A DNA stretch of 37,551 nt from a virus (taxonomy: Duplodnaviria; Heunggongvirae; Uroviricota; Caudoviricetes), in the IMG/VR virus record IMGVR_UViG_2778261670_000003; one strand, written 5' to 3'. The translations under genes and the position numbers were made by a program. This document shows, piece by piece, positions 1 through 9,368 of this stretch. Every line of letters begins with the position of its first letter. Positions within the stretch are counted from its first letter, which is position 1. The notes beneath the pieces are model-generated. The model saw nothing but the letters and a program-made list of their open reading frames with translations. It was not told where the DNA came from and did not search any database.

Positions 1-1053
1 TTACGGGGTAATGCCAACCGCTGCCGCCACTTTGTCGCCATTTGGCAGCGTTGCCAGAGGATTGAAGCGGAGCGCCGTTTCCAGATGATCCGGTGCCAGA
101 TGTGCGTAACGCATAGTCATTTTTATATCGTGGTGTCCGAGAATTTTTTGTAAGGCCAGAATGTTTCCACCCGACATCATGAAGTGCGCCGCAAACGTAT
201 GGCGCAGAACGTGTGTGAGTTGACCGCGAGGGAGCACGATAGACGTTTTTTCCATCACGGATAAAAATTGAAAATAGCAGTCTGTGAAGAAATTGAACCC
301 ATCAAGCGCCATAATCTCTTCGTAAAGCTCTTTACTGATAGGGATACTTCTGTTTTTCTTCCCCTTCGTTCTTACAAAGGTAATTCGGTATTTGGTCACC
401 TGTGAACGAGTAAGATTTACGGCTTCTCGCCAGCGTGCGCCTGTGCTTAAGCATATCTTAACTACCAGTGCCAGAATTGGGTCCTGACGTTTGCAATCAG
501 CCAGTAATTCAACAATCTGCTCATGGGTAAGCCATGCCATCTCTTTTTCTGAGATGGTGAATTTTCGCATGTTCTCCAGTGGGTTCGGATACGACCATTC
601 GCCCAGACGGGATAGTTCGCTAAAAACACTACTTAGATAGCTTTGCTCCAGGTTAATGGTGACCGGGCTTGCTCCTTTCTTCCATTTCTCGCTGAAGTAG
701 ATCTCGCCTGTCAGGCGTTTATCTCGATAGTGGGCAAACATTTTAGAGGTGAGATCGGTTGCAAGGGGATTGCCCAGAGCGTCAACCATCAACAGCAATT
801 TGTCATAGACATGCTGCCCAGCGGTTAGAGATTTACCATGTAGTTTGAACCATAGCTCAACCACGTCTTTCAGTGTTCGACGATCCACTGATTCTCCCAG
901 CCAGGGCTTTGCTTCGGTTTCTTCCATCGTATGGCGCTCAAAAGCCAGAGCTTCGCCTTTGGTGGCGAATTGTTTACGCACACGACGCCCACTACGTCCG
1001 GCGGGGTAACATTCGCAAAGCCATTTTCCTGTGGTGAGTTTTCGTACTGCCAT
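1..1053 (-). CDS. int: Tyrosine integrase (P2/186 Int family)
   Basis: 350-aa product starting MAVRKLTTGKW with C-terminal catalytic region (HVLRHTFA...MTMRYAHL). GAGGG SD 8 nt upstream of ATG at 1053. The ORF track extends to 1068, but that upstream ATG is part of the SD. Stop codon at 1-3. Confidence 0.9.
   Translation of the reverse strand: MAVRKLTTGKWLCECYPAGRSGRRVRKQFATKGEALAFERHTMEETEAKPWLGESVDRRTLKDVVELWFKLHGKSLTAGQHVYDKLLLMVDALGNPLATDLTSKMFAHYRDKRLTGEIYFSEKWKKGASPVTINLEQSYLSSVFSELSRLGEWSYPNPLENMRKFTISEKEMAWLTHEQIVELLADCKRQDPILALVVKICLSTGARWREAVNLTRSQVTKYRITFVRTKGKKNRSIPISKELYEEIMALDGFNFFTDCYFQFLSVMEKTSIVLPRGQLTHVLRHTFAAHFMMSGGNILALQKILGHHDIKMTMRYAHLAPDHLETALRFNPLATLPNGDKVAAAVGITP
19..41. 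repeat. Putative attL core (cgctgccgccaCtttgtcgccat), overlapping the 3' end of int
   Basis: Seen directly: 22 of 23 nt identical to 34697-34719. Lies inside the last codons of the integrase ORF. Confidence 0.5.
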
Positions 1054-1078
1054 AAAAAATGCCCTCATGTCAGAGGGC
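1054..1078 (-). terminator. Hairpin (GCCCTC-6nt-GAGGGC) followed by T-run on the minus strand, downstream of the cargo operon and overlapping the int RBS
   Basis: Stem 1061-1066 / 1073-1078, loop 1067-1072. Minus-strand continuation reads ATTTTTT (1054-1060). Confidence 0.4.
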
Positions 1079-1134
1079 TAAATTTAACTGTATGTTTGAC
1101 CAGTGGTCAATGTATGGTTTGTGAAATCCATACA

Positions 1135-1656
1135 TTACCTTAATTTATCAAGCTCTCGTTTATTTCTTTTATCATGTATATCATTAAGAAATAATATATT
1201 ACTAGCAATGATACTAAATAACGCTATTATTTGTAGATATACTAATAACGCTGTGATAAAAAATCCAAACTTGCAGAACACGTGCTTATGCAAGGAAATG
1301 AAATCCAGATTTGAAAATATAGGTTTCGTTAAATTTATTATAACAATAGAAAATATTACAATAGCTGAAATTATAATGGTTTTCACTATCAGCGTAATTC
1401 GCTCAATATCTTTTTCTGTTTCCTTATGATAGTTTATACTAGTTATTGTTGATGGCTTTACAATTGAACTTACAGCTGCAGGGTAAATATATGCAAGCCA
1501 AATACCTGCAATAGTGAAGATCATTGCAGAAATGTTTTGCAAGGTAGATAAAATATCTTTTATATCTGCATACGTATATTTGTCTCCGAACAAATAAGCA
1601 ATAGCTATAATTGTTAGGAGAAAACATATGTGCAAAATTTTAGGTTTTATAATCAT
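1135..1656 (-). CDS. Small integral membrane protein (about 4 predicted TM helices), unknown function; second gene of AT-rich cargo cassette
   Basis: Four long hydrophobic stretches in the translation. AGGTG SD 6 nt upstream of ATG at 1656. An alternative GTG start at 1665 overlaps the upstream gene. AT-rich relative to phage backbone. Confidence 0.7.
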   Translation of the reverse strand: MIIKPKILHICFLLTIIAIAYLFGDKYTYADIKDILSTLQNISAMIFTIAGIWLAYIYPAAVSSIVKPSTITSINYHKETEKDIERITLIVKTIIISAIVIFSIVIINLTKPIFSNLDFISLHKHVFCKFGFFITALLVYLQIIALFSIIASNILFLNDIHDKRNKRELDKLR

Positions 1657-1657
1657 A

Positions 1658-2860
1658 CTATGCACCTATTTTATGAATCTGCACTGCTGTATCATTATCA
1701 GCTTCTGGTTGTTCTATTATATCTTCATTTTTAAAACAATTCACCAAATCATTTCTATGAGCTTTTACTACACTCATTAAATATGAAGAAGAGTAATGTT
1801 TGTTTCTGTTAGAAAGGTCAACGTGAATTTCATGGCGATAAACATATTCATCTAACCAAGTAGTTGAACCATTTTTTCCATTTATTTTGAATCCGATGCG
1901 TGCGTGATCATTCCCTACATTCTCATTGTTGTTTTCTGTATCTTCTGAAATAGGATTGTGGTTTTCTATATATTCATCGATGAGTTTAGTGAACTCTTCA
2001 GGCGTAGGCGTTCCTTCGACTAATAATTCAACGCGATGTTTTTTTGATAAAATAGGAGAGCTTCTTGAGAAAACATCTCCAACTGCATCAAATAACTTCT
2101 GCCATTTTTCCCGTGTATCAGGTATGTTTGTTTCTATTACGTCATGGTAAACAATGTGAGTGATTTTTTTACACAGTTCTTCTATGTTTGCTCCACTCGT
2201 GATCATCCTTGTTTGTTTAGTCTGTACTTTAAAAACTAAACTTTCATCATCACCTTGAGAAAAAAGAACACGTTTGTAATGAACGTCTTCAGGTGAGTCA
2301 TTACGAGGACGAGTCATATCTATGACTTTTTTATTAGGATGCTCCATCCTAAAGTCAACGTATGCTTTAATATAATGACAGAAAAGATCTGTATCCGTAT
2401 TAGAACTTGGGAATCGTATGGATGCAATTTTGTTATATTCTGGAATTACCCAATAGTAGCAAGGTACGCCCCAGATATATTTACCGCCACCTTGAGTATC
2501 AGAGGCGGATACAACATTATCTGAAGTGCCGTCAATCTTACTTTCAGCATCTATACCTTGAATATTTCCAGAGTTATCACCAAGCGTTTTCCAGATAACA
2601 AATAGATAATCTCCTGTCGTACTGTCATATGAAATATTTTTACAGTATGCTTTTGTTCTTCTATTATTATCCTTTCCCCATGGAACAGATTGTTCAACTG
2701 TTCTTGAACAGATCCAGCTATGTAAGTTACACAGAACATGGGATAAGTTCTTTTCGACTAATTCCGGCGATTTACCTTGTCGTATTTTATAAAGGCCAAA
2801 CATTTCTAAATCAAAAAATGTTATAATGCCGCGTTCAGTTTTAAAGTTGGTTTTACTCAT
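1658..2860 (-). CDS. Hypothetical 400-aa soluble protein, unknown function; first gene of AT-rich cargo cassette
   Basis: Long uninterrupted ORF with ATG at 2860. No motif I can assign to a known family. AT-rich. Immediately followed by the membrane protein gene. Confidence 0.75.
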   Translation of the reverse strand: MSKTNFKTERGIITFFDLEMFGLYKIRQGKSPELVEKNLSHVLCNLHSWICSRTVEQSVPWGKDNNRRTKAYCKNISYDSTTGDYLFVIWKTLGDNSGNIQGIDAESKIDGTSDNVVSASDTQGGGKYIWGVPCYYWVIPEYNKIASIRFPSSNTDTDLFCHYIKAYVDFRMEHPNKKVIDMTRPRNDSPEDVHYKRVLFSQGDDESLVFKVQTKQTRMITSGANIEELCKKITHIVYHDVIETNIPDTREKWQKLFDAVGDVFSRSSPILSKKHRVELLVEGTPTPEEFTKLIDEYIENHNPISEDTENNNENVGNDHARIGFKINGKNGSTTWLDEYVYRHEIHVDLSNRNKHYSSSYLMSVVKAHRNDLVNCFKNEDIIEQPEADNDTAVQIHKIGA

Positions 2861-2918
2861 TGTTATTGCTTCTCTTCACCTTTTAAATCTTTCGCTTAAT
2901 ATAATCACTTCTATTAGA

Positions 2919-2937
2919 ATGACATTTGTTGAATGTC
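2919..2937. promoter_or_regulatory. Perfect palindrome TGACATT-N5-AATGTCA between the repressor stop and the cargo-operon start; possible operator or promoter element
   Basis: Seen directly. Contains a TGACAT -35-like hexamer on the minus strand with TATATT-like sequence downstream. Confidence 0.3.
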
Positions 2938-2940
2938 ACT

Positions 2941-3822
2941 TTAATTCGAAATGATTGTGCTTCTTATGCATGCAACTACCTCGATATCAGAAAATGCACA
3001 TTCAAAGTAAGTTTCTTTACTTCTGATATTTATCATACCTTTAGGTAGCCTAGTAATTTGTCTGACGGAATAGGTTCCATCAATATTAATTAACCAGTAT
3101 CCATCTAATACATCAGAAAATTTCTGATCACAGATGTATGTCACTAAACCATCCTGAACGACAATTGGTGCTGAAAGATTAGCGGGTAAAAATGACGAAT
3201 CGAAAATATATGAGCCACTCTCAACCATTTTGCCTGCATTGAGATGAAATTTAGGCAGTTCTTTTACCGATGTTGTGAGAGCATTGTGCTCGCTGCCTTG
3301 TCCAGTGGCTAGCCATAAAAGAGAATTTCCTGTTTCCAACGAACATTTTATGATCCAATCAGCCGGGAATGTGTCTCGCAAATATCTATTTGCCATAGTG
3401 CTTTTAGATACATTCAGATGGTCGGCAAGTTCTTGTCTTGTTTTAAAGCCATACGCTTTCATTAGCCTGTCTATTGCATCACGTCCGCCTGAGTCCAAAT
3501 TCAGATCGTTCCCAATTGGGGACTTCAGTGTGGTGGCTTGGGAAACGTGCTGAACCTTTGATGCAGTTGCCTTTGACATGACCGGAGCCTCAGTACTCTG
3601 AGGGAATGGTACGCCTTTTCCGAATGAGAGCCACTCGATAGATGCACCCGTTTCAATTGCACACTGAATTACCCAGTCAGCAGGAAATACGTCACGCATC
3701 CAGCGCGTGCCCATAGTGCTTGCAGATACGTTGAACTGTTCGCACAGAGCTTGCCTTGTCTTGAATCCATACGCTTCAAGCATGCGCGTTATGACTGCTT
3801 GTCCTCCGTTTTTGAAATTCAT
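2941..3822 (-). CDS. Immunity repressor, CI-like, with a tandemly duplicated N-terminal DNA-binding domain
   Basis: Two homologous about 65-aa repeats (…YGFKTRQ…STM…R…FPADW…ETG…WL…G). Position between int and cox/apl, divergent from the lytic operon. No obvious S24 Ser/Lys cleavage motif. Confidence 0.8.
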   Translation of the reverse strand: MNFKNGGQAVITRMLEAYGFKTRQALCEQFNVSASTMGTRWMRDVFPADWVIQCAIETGASIEWLSFGKGVPFPQSTEAPVMSKATASKVQHVSQATTLKSPIGNDLNLDSGGRDAIDRLMKAYGFKTRQELADHLNVSKSTMANRYLRDTFPADWIIKCSLETGNSLLWLATGQGSEHNALTTSVKELPKFHLNAGKMVESGSYIFDSSFLPANLSAPIVVQDGLVTYICDQKFSDVLDGYWLINIDGTYSVRQITRLPKGMINIRSKETYFECAFSDIEVVACIRSTIISN

Positions 3823-3947
3823 TTATTACGCCTTTGAGTAATTTTTGGTTGACTCTTCTCAAATGAAGAATTAGTGTGTGCGAAAGTGAACTGAACAGGA
3901 TTAATCACCAGTTACCACACATCTTGTTAAACGAGGAATCTTGCATC
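3823..3947. promoter_or_regulatory. Lysis-lysogeny switch region (divergent pL/pR-type promoters and operators)
   Basis: Intergenic region between divergent repressor and cox/apl genes. TTGACT at 3849-3854 with a weak -10 downstream. Operators not resolved. Confidence 0.4.
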
Positions 3948-4169
3948 ATGGCTCCACATATTTCAATCACCTTAGCTGTCCCATCTGTTTCTATTGAGAA
4001 ATACAGTGAACTGACTGGGTTATCTATCGATACTATCAATGACATGCTGGCTGATGGACGCCTTATTCGCCATCGTCTCCGTAAAGATAAAAAGCGAGAA
4101 AAGGTAATGATCAATATCGCAGCAATGACCGTTGATGCGCTCTCTGAATGCAATTTGAGTATTAACTAG
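3948..4169 (+). CDS. Cox/Apl-like excisionase / transcriptional regulator
   Basis: 74-aa product, first gene of the rightward early operon, SD acgAGGAa upstream of ATG at 3948. Size and position match P2 Cox / 186 Apl. Confidence 0.7.
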   Translation: MAPHISITLAVPSVSIEKYSELTGLSIDTINDMLADGRLIRHRLRKDKKREKVMINIAAMTVDALSECNLSIN

Positions 4170-4201
4170 TTCCATTTTGGGATACATCAGGGGGGTCGAC
4201 T

Positions 4202-4711
4202 ATGTTTGATTACCAAGTTTCCAAACATCCACATTTTGACGAAGCCTGTCGTGCATTCGCACTGCGCCACAACCTGGTGCAACTGGCAGAACGTGCAGGC
4301 ATGAATGTACAGATTCTGCGGAACAAGCTGAACCCAGCTCAACCTCATTTATTAACCGCACCAGAAATCTGGTTGCTTACCGATCTGACTGAAGATTCAA
4401 CGCTGGTAGATGGCTTTCTGGCACAGATTCACTGCCTGCCATGTGTACCGATTAATGAGGTGGCAAAAGAGAAACTGCCGCATTACGTCATGAGTGCAAC
4501 CGCAGAGATCGGGCGTGTTGCTGCAGGTGCGGTATCTGGCGATGTAAAAACCAGTGCAGGCCGTCGTGATGCGATCAGCAGCATTAACTCTGTTACACGA
4601 CTGATGGCGCTGGCCGCTGTTTCATTGCAGGCCCGTTTACAGGCTAATCCTGCGATGGCGAGTGCAGTTGATACAGTGACTGGCCTCGGTGCTTCATTCG
4701 GTTTGCTGTGA
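4202..4711 (+). CDS. cII: Phage regulatory protein CII-like (186 CII family)
   Basis: 169-aa product directly after apl/cox, as in 186-type phages. Confidence 0.7.
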   Translation: MFDYQVSKHPHFDEACRAFALRHNLVQLAERAGMNVQILRNKLNPAQPHLLTAPEIWLLTDLTEDSTLVDGFLAQIHCLPCVPINEVAKEKLPHYVMSATAEIGRVAAGAVSGDVKTSAGRRDAISSINSVTRLMALAAVSLQARLQANPAMASAVDTVTGLGASFGLL

Positions 4712-4718
4712 GGTGCTT

Positions 4719-4919
4719 ATGCTGACGAAAGAACCATCATTTGCATCGCTGCTGGTAAAACAAAGCCCGGCAATGCACTACGGTCACGGCTGGATCATGG
4801 GTGAGGATGGTAAACGCTGGCATCCGTGCCGTTCACAAGATGAATTGCTGGCAGAACTATCTACGAAAAAACGGGGGAACAAATGGCTATTGAAGGCGCT
4901 GCGGCGACTGTTCCATTAA
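4719..4919 (+). CDS. Hypothetical small early protein (186 Fil-like position)
   Basis: GAGGTG SD at 4710-4715 then ATG at 4719. The ORF track start at 4689 is an upstream extension. Confidence 0.5.
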   Translation: MLTKEPSFASLLVKQSPAMHYGHGWIMGEDGKRWHPCRSQDELLAELSTKKRGNKWLLKALRRLFH

Positions 4920-5224
4920 GCCCCGGTGAACGCCTGAATGGACTTAATCACATTGCGGAGTTAAGGGCGAAAGTATTTGGCCTGAATATTGAGTCAGAGC
5001 TTGAGCGGTTTATTAAAGATATGCGTGATCCACGGGATATCAATAACGAACAAAATAAACGAGCACTGGCTGCCATATTCTTTATGGCAAAAATTCCAGC
5101 TGAACGTCATAGCATCAGCATTAATGAGCTGACCACTGACGAAAAGCGGGAGCTGATTAAAGCAATGAATCATTTTCGTGCAGTGGTGAGCTTATTTCCC
5201 AGACGGCTAACCATGCCGAATTAA
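4883..5224 (+). CDS. Hypothetical early protein
   Basis: GGGGGAA SD then ATG at 4883; 113 aa. Confidence 0.6.
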   Translation: MAIEGAAATVPLSPGERLNGLNHIAELRAKVFGLNIESELERFIKDMRDPRDINNEQNKRALAAIFFMAKIPAERHSISINELTTDEKRELIKAMNHFRAVVSLFPRRLTMPN

Positions 5225-5291
5225 CCAACTAATGAAATTAATGGCGTAAACCCGCCGGGCATCCCTTTATCTAAATACAGGAGAATTGATT

Positions 5292-5525
5292 ATGCGTAAT
5301 ATTGAAACCCTCACGACTAAAACCGGACCGGATGACGCAGGGCTTAATATTTTACTGACAGAGGCTCGTCTGGAAGAACGCCGGGCAAGGGCTGAAGCAA
5401 TGGCAGCTCGCCTTGATCGCCTGGCGTGTCATATCACATCCCGCCAGTTAAACCACGTCGAAGCGGCAGAACTGCTGCGTGTGACTGCTGAAGCAATCCA
5501 GAACGAAGCGCAGGAGATCCACTGA
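5292..5525 (+). CDS. Hypothetical early protein
   Basis: AGGAGA SD at 5278-5283, ATG at 5292. The ORF track begins at a TTG at 5286. Confidence 0.55.
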   Translation: MRNIETLTTKTGPDDAGLNILLTEARLEERRARAEAMAARLDRLACHITSRQLNHVEAAELLRVTAEAIQNEAQEIH

Positions 5526-5752
5526 TGGCTGATGCAATGGATCTCGTACAGCAGCGAGTTGAAGAAGAACGCCAACGTCATATCCGTGCTGCCCGTGCCA
5601 AAACGCCGGGCGTGTCCCGCGTGCTTTGCGTTGAGTGCGAAGCGCCAATTCCGCCAGCACGCCGTCGTGCCATTCCGGGTGTGCAGCTTTGCATTACCTG
5701 TCAGGAAATCGCAGAGCTGAAAGGCAAACATTACAACGGAGGTGCTGTATGA
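5525..5752 (+). CDS. TraR/DksA-family C4 zinc-finger protein
   Basis: CVECEAPIP…CITCQ four-cysteine motif in a 75-aa protein. Common in P2-like early regions. Confidence 0.75.
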   Translation: MADAMDLVQQRVEEERQRHIRAARAKTPGVSRVLCVECEAPIPPARRRAIPGVQLCITCQEIAELKGKHYNGGAV

Positions 5753-6606
5753 GCACCATCCTGAAATGGGCGGGAAATAAAACCGCCATAATGTCCGAAC
5801 TGAAAAAGCATCTTCCTGCTGGCCCGCGACTGGTTGAACCTTTCGCGGGATCCTGTGCAGTGATGATGGAGACGGATTACCCTAGCTATCTTGTTGCGGA
5901 TATTAATCCTGATTTAATCAACCTCTATAAAAAGGTTGCTGCTGATTGTGAGGCGTTTATATCTCGTGCCAGAGCTTTATTTGAGGAAGCAAACAGGGAG
6001 GTGGCTTATTACAACATAAGGCAGGAGTTTAATTACTCCACTGAAATTACTGATTTCATGAAAGCGGTATATTTTCTGTATCTCAATCGTCATGGTTACC
6101 GTGGGTTATGTCGCTATAACAAGAGCGGGTATTTCAACATTCCCTACGGTAATTATAAAAATCCGTATTTCCCTGAAAAAGAAATTCGCGCATTTGCAGA
6201 GAAAGCCCAGCGAGCAACGTTTATCTGCGCCAGCTTTGATGAAACGCTGGCGATGCTGCAGGTGGGGGATGTGGTGTATTGCGATCCGCCTTATGACGGT
6301 ACGTTTTCCGGTTATCACACTGACGGCTTCACTGAAGATGACCAGTATCACCTGGCATCTGTTCTTGAATATCGATCATCAGAAGGTCATCCAGTCATTG
6401 TTTCTAACAGTGACACATCCCTGATCCGTTCGCTGTATCGAAATTTCACTCACCACTACATCAAGGCAAAACGCAGCATCGGCGTGTCGGCTGGCGAGAG
6501 TAAATCTGCAACAGAAATCATTGCTGTTTCCGGAGCGCGCTGCTGGGTGGGATTTGATCCTTCGTGTGGCGTGGATAGTTCTGCTGTGTACGAGGTGCGC
6601 GTATGA
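5749..6606 (+). CDS. dam: DNA adenine methyltransferase (Dam family, N6-adenine)
   Basis: N-terminal LKWAGNK, FAGS motif and catalytic DPPY motif. ATG at 5749 overlaps the previous stop (ATGA). The ORF track start at 5635 is an out-of-context N-terminal extension. Confidence 0.9.
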   Translation: MSTILKWAGNKTAIMSELKKHLPAGPRLVEPFAGSCAVMMETDYPSYLVADINPDLINLYKKVAADCEAFISRARALFEEANREVAYYNIRQEFNYSTEITDFMKAVYFLYLNRHGYRGLCRYNKSGYFNIPYGNYKNPYFPEKEIRAFAEKAQRATFICASFDETLAMLQVGDVVYCDPPYDGTFSGYHTDGFTEDDQYHLASVLEYRSSEGHPVIVSNSDTSLIRSLYRNFTHHYIKAKRSIGVSAGESKSATEIIAVSGARCWVGFDPSCGVDSSAVYEVRV

Positions 6607-9017
6607 GTCATGACGATATGAGCAACTCTAGCGGCTTTAACGAGGCCGCTGCAGCATTTTCATGGAACGGCCCGAAAAAGGCCATTAACCCTTATCTGGA
6701 CCCGGCGGAAGTTGCGCCGGAGTCTGCACTTTCAAACCTGATCACTCTGTACGCTGCCGATAATGAGCAGGAACAGCTGCGCCGCGATGCACTGAGTGAG
6801 CAGGTCTGGGAGCGTTATTTCTTTAATGAATCCCGTGATCCTGTCCAGCGCGAAATGGAGCAGGATAAGCTCATTAGCCGGGCAAAGCTGGCGCATGAGC
6901 AGCAGCGTTTTAATCCAGACATGGTCATTCTGGCTGACGTCAACGCCCAACCTTCCCATATCAGCAAGCCGCTGATGCAACGTATTGAATACTTCAGCAG
7001 CCTGGGCAGGCCAAAGGCTTATTCTCGCTATTTGCGTGAGACGATTAAGCCATGTCTGGAACGACTGGAGCATGTACGCGACAGTCAGCTATCCACTTCT
7101 TTTCGCTTTATGGCAAGCCATGAAGGGCTGGACGGCCTGCTGATCCTGCCTGAAATGAGTCAGGATCAGGTGAAACGCCTGTCTACCCTTGTCGCTGCGC
7201 ATATGAGCATGTGTCTTGATGCCGCTTGTGGTGATTTGTACGCCACCGATGATGTTAAGCCAGAAGAAATCCGCAAGACATGGGAAAAGGTGGCAGCGGA
7301 AACCCTACGTTTGGATGTCATCCCGCCTGCGTTTGAGCAACTCCGTCGGAAAAGAAACCGCCGTAAACCAGTGCCCTATGAACTCATTCCGGGCTCGCTG
7401 GCGCGTATGCTGTGCGCCGACTGGTGGTATCGGAAATTGTGGAAGATGCGTTGCGAATGGCGGGAAGAGCAGTTGCGTGCTGTCTGCCTGGTCAGCAAAA
7501 AAGCATCTCCCTATGTCAGCTATGAAGCTGTGATGCATAAACGTGAGCAGCGCCGTAAGTCGCTGGAGTTTTTCCGTTCTCATGAACTGGTGAACGAAGA
7601 CGGAGACGCGCTGGATATGGAAGATGTGGTAAACGCCAGCTGCAGCAACCCGGCGCATCGCCGCAATGAGATGATGGCCTGTGTTAAAGGTCTGGAGCTT
7701 ATCGCGGAAATGCGCGGTGACTGCGCCGTTTTCTACACCATTACCTGTCCGTCACGTTTCCATTCCACGCTCAATAACGGCAGACCCAACCCGACCTGGA
7801 AAAACGCGACGGTAAGACAAAGCAGCGATTATCTGGTCGGTATGTTTGCTGCATTTCGTAAGGCGATGCACAAAGCCGGGTTGCGCTGGTATGGCGTGCG
7901 GGTGGCTGAGCCGCATCACGACGGCACAGTTCACTGGCACCTGTTGTGTTTCATGCGCAAAAAAGACCGCCGCGCCATTACTGCATTGTTGCGTAAGTTT
8001 GCTATCCGTGAAGACCGCGAGGAGCTGGGCAATAACACTGGGCCGCGCTTTAAGTCTGAGTTGATTAACCCGCGCAAAGGTACGCCAACAAGCTACATCG
8101 CGAAATACATCAGTAAGAACATTGACGGGCGTGGTCTGGCTGGCGAGATCAGCAAGGAAACGGGGAAATCCCTGCGTGATAATGCTGAATACGTTAATGC
8201 CTGGGCGTCTCTGCATCGTGTTCAGCAATTCCGCTTCTTTGGCATTCCGGGGCGTCAGGCTTACCGTGAACTGCGATTGCTGGCTGGTCAGGCGGCAAGG
8301 CAACAGGGGGACAAAAAAGCAGGTGCGCCGGTACTGGATAACCCGCGCCTTGATGCAATCCTGGCTGCTGCTGATGCTGGTTGTTTTGCCACCTACATCA
8401 TGAAGCAGGGCGGCGTACTGGTTCCCCGCAAATATCACCTGATCAGAACCGCTTATGAAATCAACGAAGAGCCGACCGCCTATGGCGATCACGGCATTCG
8501 TATTTATGGCATCTGGTCACCCATTGCAGAGGGCAAGATCTGCACTCATGCAGTGAAGTGGAAAATGGTTCGTAAGGCCGTTGACGTTCAGGAGGCGGCA
8601 GCCGACCAGGGCGCTTGCGCCTCTTGGACTCGTGGCAATAACTGTCCCCTTGCTGAAAATTTAAACCAACAAGGGAAAGACAAATCAGCTGATGGGGACT
8701 CCAGAACGGATATTACCCGTATGAATGACAAGGAGTTGCACGATTACCTGCACAGTATGAGCAAAAAAGAGCGCCGGGAACTGGCTGCAAGGTTACGCCA
8801 GGTGAAACCGAAACGGCGTAAAGACTACAAACAGCGAATTACAGACCATCAGCGACAGCAGCTCGTCTATGAACTGAAGTCTAGGGGATTTGATGGCAGC
8901 GAGAAAGAAGTCGATTTGCTCCTTCGCGGCGGCAGTATTCCGTCAGGAGCAGGCCTGCGTATCTTCTATCGGAACCAGCGTCTGAAGGAAGATGATAAGT
9001 GGCGGAACCTGTATTAA
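6603..9017 (+). CDS. Replication initiation endonuclease (P2 gpA-like rolling-circle initiator)
   Basis: 804-aa product with HUH-type VHWHLL motif. Position downstream of early genes as in P2/186. Confidence 0.9.
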   Translation: MSHDDMSNSSGFNEAAAAFSWNGPKKAINPYLDPAEVAPESALSNLITLYAADNEQEQLRRDALSEQVWERYFFNESRDPVQREMEQDKLISRAKLAHEQQRFNPDMVILADVNAQPSHISKPLMQRIEYFSSLGRPKAYSRYLRETIKPCLERLEHVRDSQLSTSFRFMASHEGLDGLLILPEMSQDQVKRLSTLVAAHMSMCLDAACGDLYATDDVKPEEIRKTWEKVAAETLRLDVIPPAFEQLRRKRNRRKPVPYELIPGSLARMLCADWWYRKLWKMRCEWREEQLRAVCLVSKKASPYVSYEAVMHKREQRRKSLEFFRSHELVNEDGDALDMEDVVNASCSNPAHRRNEMMACVKGLELIAEMRGDCAVFYTITCPSRFHSTLNNGRPNPTWKNATVRQSSDYLVGMFAAFRKAMHKAGLRWYGVRVAEPHHDGTVHWHLLCFMRKKDRRAITALLRKFAIREDREELGNNTGPRFKSELINPRKGTPTSYIAKYISKNIDGRGLAGEISKETGKSLRDNAEYVNAWASLHRVQQFRFFGIPGRQAYRELRLLAGQAARQQGDKKAGAPVLDNPRLDAILAAADAGCFATYIMKQGGVLVPRKYHLIRTAYEINEEPTAYGDHGIRIYGIWSPIAEGKICTHAVKWKMVRKAVDVQEAAADQGACASWTRGNNCPLAENLNQQGKDKSADGDSRTDITRMNDKELHDYLHSMSKKERRELAARLRQVKPKRRKDYKQRITDHQRQQLVYELKSRGFDGSEKEVDLLLRGGSIPSGAGLRIFYRNQRLKEDDKWRNLY

Positions 9018-9109
9018 TTACGCGGGTTAACAATTCGTGCTCTTAATAATACCAGGCATATCAGGCCGATGAACGTAAAAAAACGTTTTACATCAGTAAG
9101 ATTATTATA

Positions 9110-9129
9110 TACTGTAAATATAAACAGTG
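9110..9129. promoter_or_regulatory. LexA (SOS) box TACTGTAAATATAAACAGTG
   Basis: CTGT-N8-ACAG with an AT-rich spacer, about 40 nt upstream of the 9170 ORF. A second degenerate half-site follows at about 9127-9146. Confidence 0.6.
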
Positions 9130-9169
9130 GTTATGTATACAGTATTGTTTTGGTGTCATAGGAGGAAAG

Positions 9170-9358
9170 ATGCAGGACTATTTTTTGGAGTCTTTGAAGC
9201 TCCAGCGCATTGATTTTTTTCTTAAGCTTGTAGCGGCTAGTGAGTGTAGTGATGAAGAGAAGGGGCTGGCTCTGCAGTGGGTTTCTGAATTGACTGATGA
9301 ACTCATGGCAAAAATCAGAAGCCACGAATACAACCGCTCAATGGATGTCATCAGCTGA
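9170..9358 (+). CDS. Small hypothetical protein, first ORF of SOS-controlled module (Tum-like N-terminal part?)
   Basis: Strong GGAGG SD at 9161-9165, ATG at 9170; 62 aa. Confidence 0.5.
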   Translation: MQDYFLESLKLQRIDFFLKLVAASECSDEEKGLALQWVSELTDELMAKIRSHEYNRSMDVIS

Positions 9359-9368
9359 GGTGACTTTT

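Noticed and set aside
1658-2860. Assignment of the 400-aa cargo protein to nucleotide cyclase (Pycsar/CBASS) families
   Set aside because: Only a faint FFDLEMFG resemblance to cyclase F-x-D-x-x-GFT; no GS…DxD CD-NTase motif or second metal-binding site identified by eye, so no family call made.
5635-5748. N-terminal extension of the Dam ORF in the six-frame track
   Set aside because: The extension overlaps the TraR-like gene in another frame; the conserved Dam N-terminus (…LKWAGNK) begins right after ATG 5749.
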